Source: Leucoraja ocellata (taxonomy: Eukaryota). From it: DNA of 64,000 nucleotides. The stretch spans positions 6,820,001 to 6,884,000 of the forward strand of contig JAWMAR010000094.1 in NCBI GenBank assembly GCA_036785375.1. Direction: 5' to 3'. Positions 63,906 through 64,000 of this stretch are shown here, in pieces (position 1 is the stretch's first letter; each line of letters starts with the position of its first letter). The notes beneath the pieces were generated by a model that had not been told where the DNA came from, did no database searches, and saw only the letters and a program-made list of their open reading frames with translations. A program made the position numbers and the translations under genes.

Positions 63906-64000
63906 NCTCCCTCCCTGCTCCCCACCTCTCCCACTCCCCCTCCTCTCCTCCCCCCTCTCTCCTCCCCCTCGTCCCCCTATATCCCCTCTTTCCCCTCCAC

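Overview
Eukaryotic, very repeat-rich window, most likely from a cartilaginous fish (skate/ray). The evidence is the light-chain isotype and organisation plus the CR1/V-SINE/Penelope/Rex1 repeat mix. The only recognisable host gene is one immunoglobulin light-chain cluster of the sigma-cart (type I/NS5) class: leader 22253-22304, germline-joined VJ 22700-23059, C about 24022-24340. Its C exon appears to have lost its normal splice acceptor. The rest is layered transposons, with two large structures not visible in the ORF track. (1) A minus-strand endogenous retrovirus (about 30417-50260) with two LTRs, a tRNA-Ser primer-binding site, and integrase, RT and env remnants. It is inflated by CR1, Rex1 and Tc1 insertions, and its RT fragment lies downstream of integrase. 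(2) A nested P-element (THAP9-like) system. A 10.4-kb element (52500-62905) has perfect 34-bp TIRs, a perfect 8-bp TSD and a three-exon THAP-transposase gene with a probable GC-AG intron. It is inserted into the 5' end of a sister P element, and carries a third P remnant plus 31-36-bp TIR-only inserts that resemble P-type excision footprints. Two of these are absent from the homologous intron of the sister copy. All family assignments come from motif recognition by eye. No database search was run, and LINE fragment boundaries are approximate.
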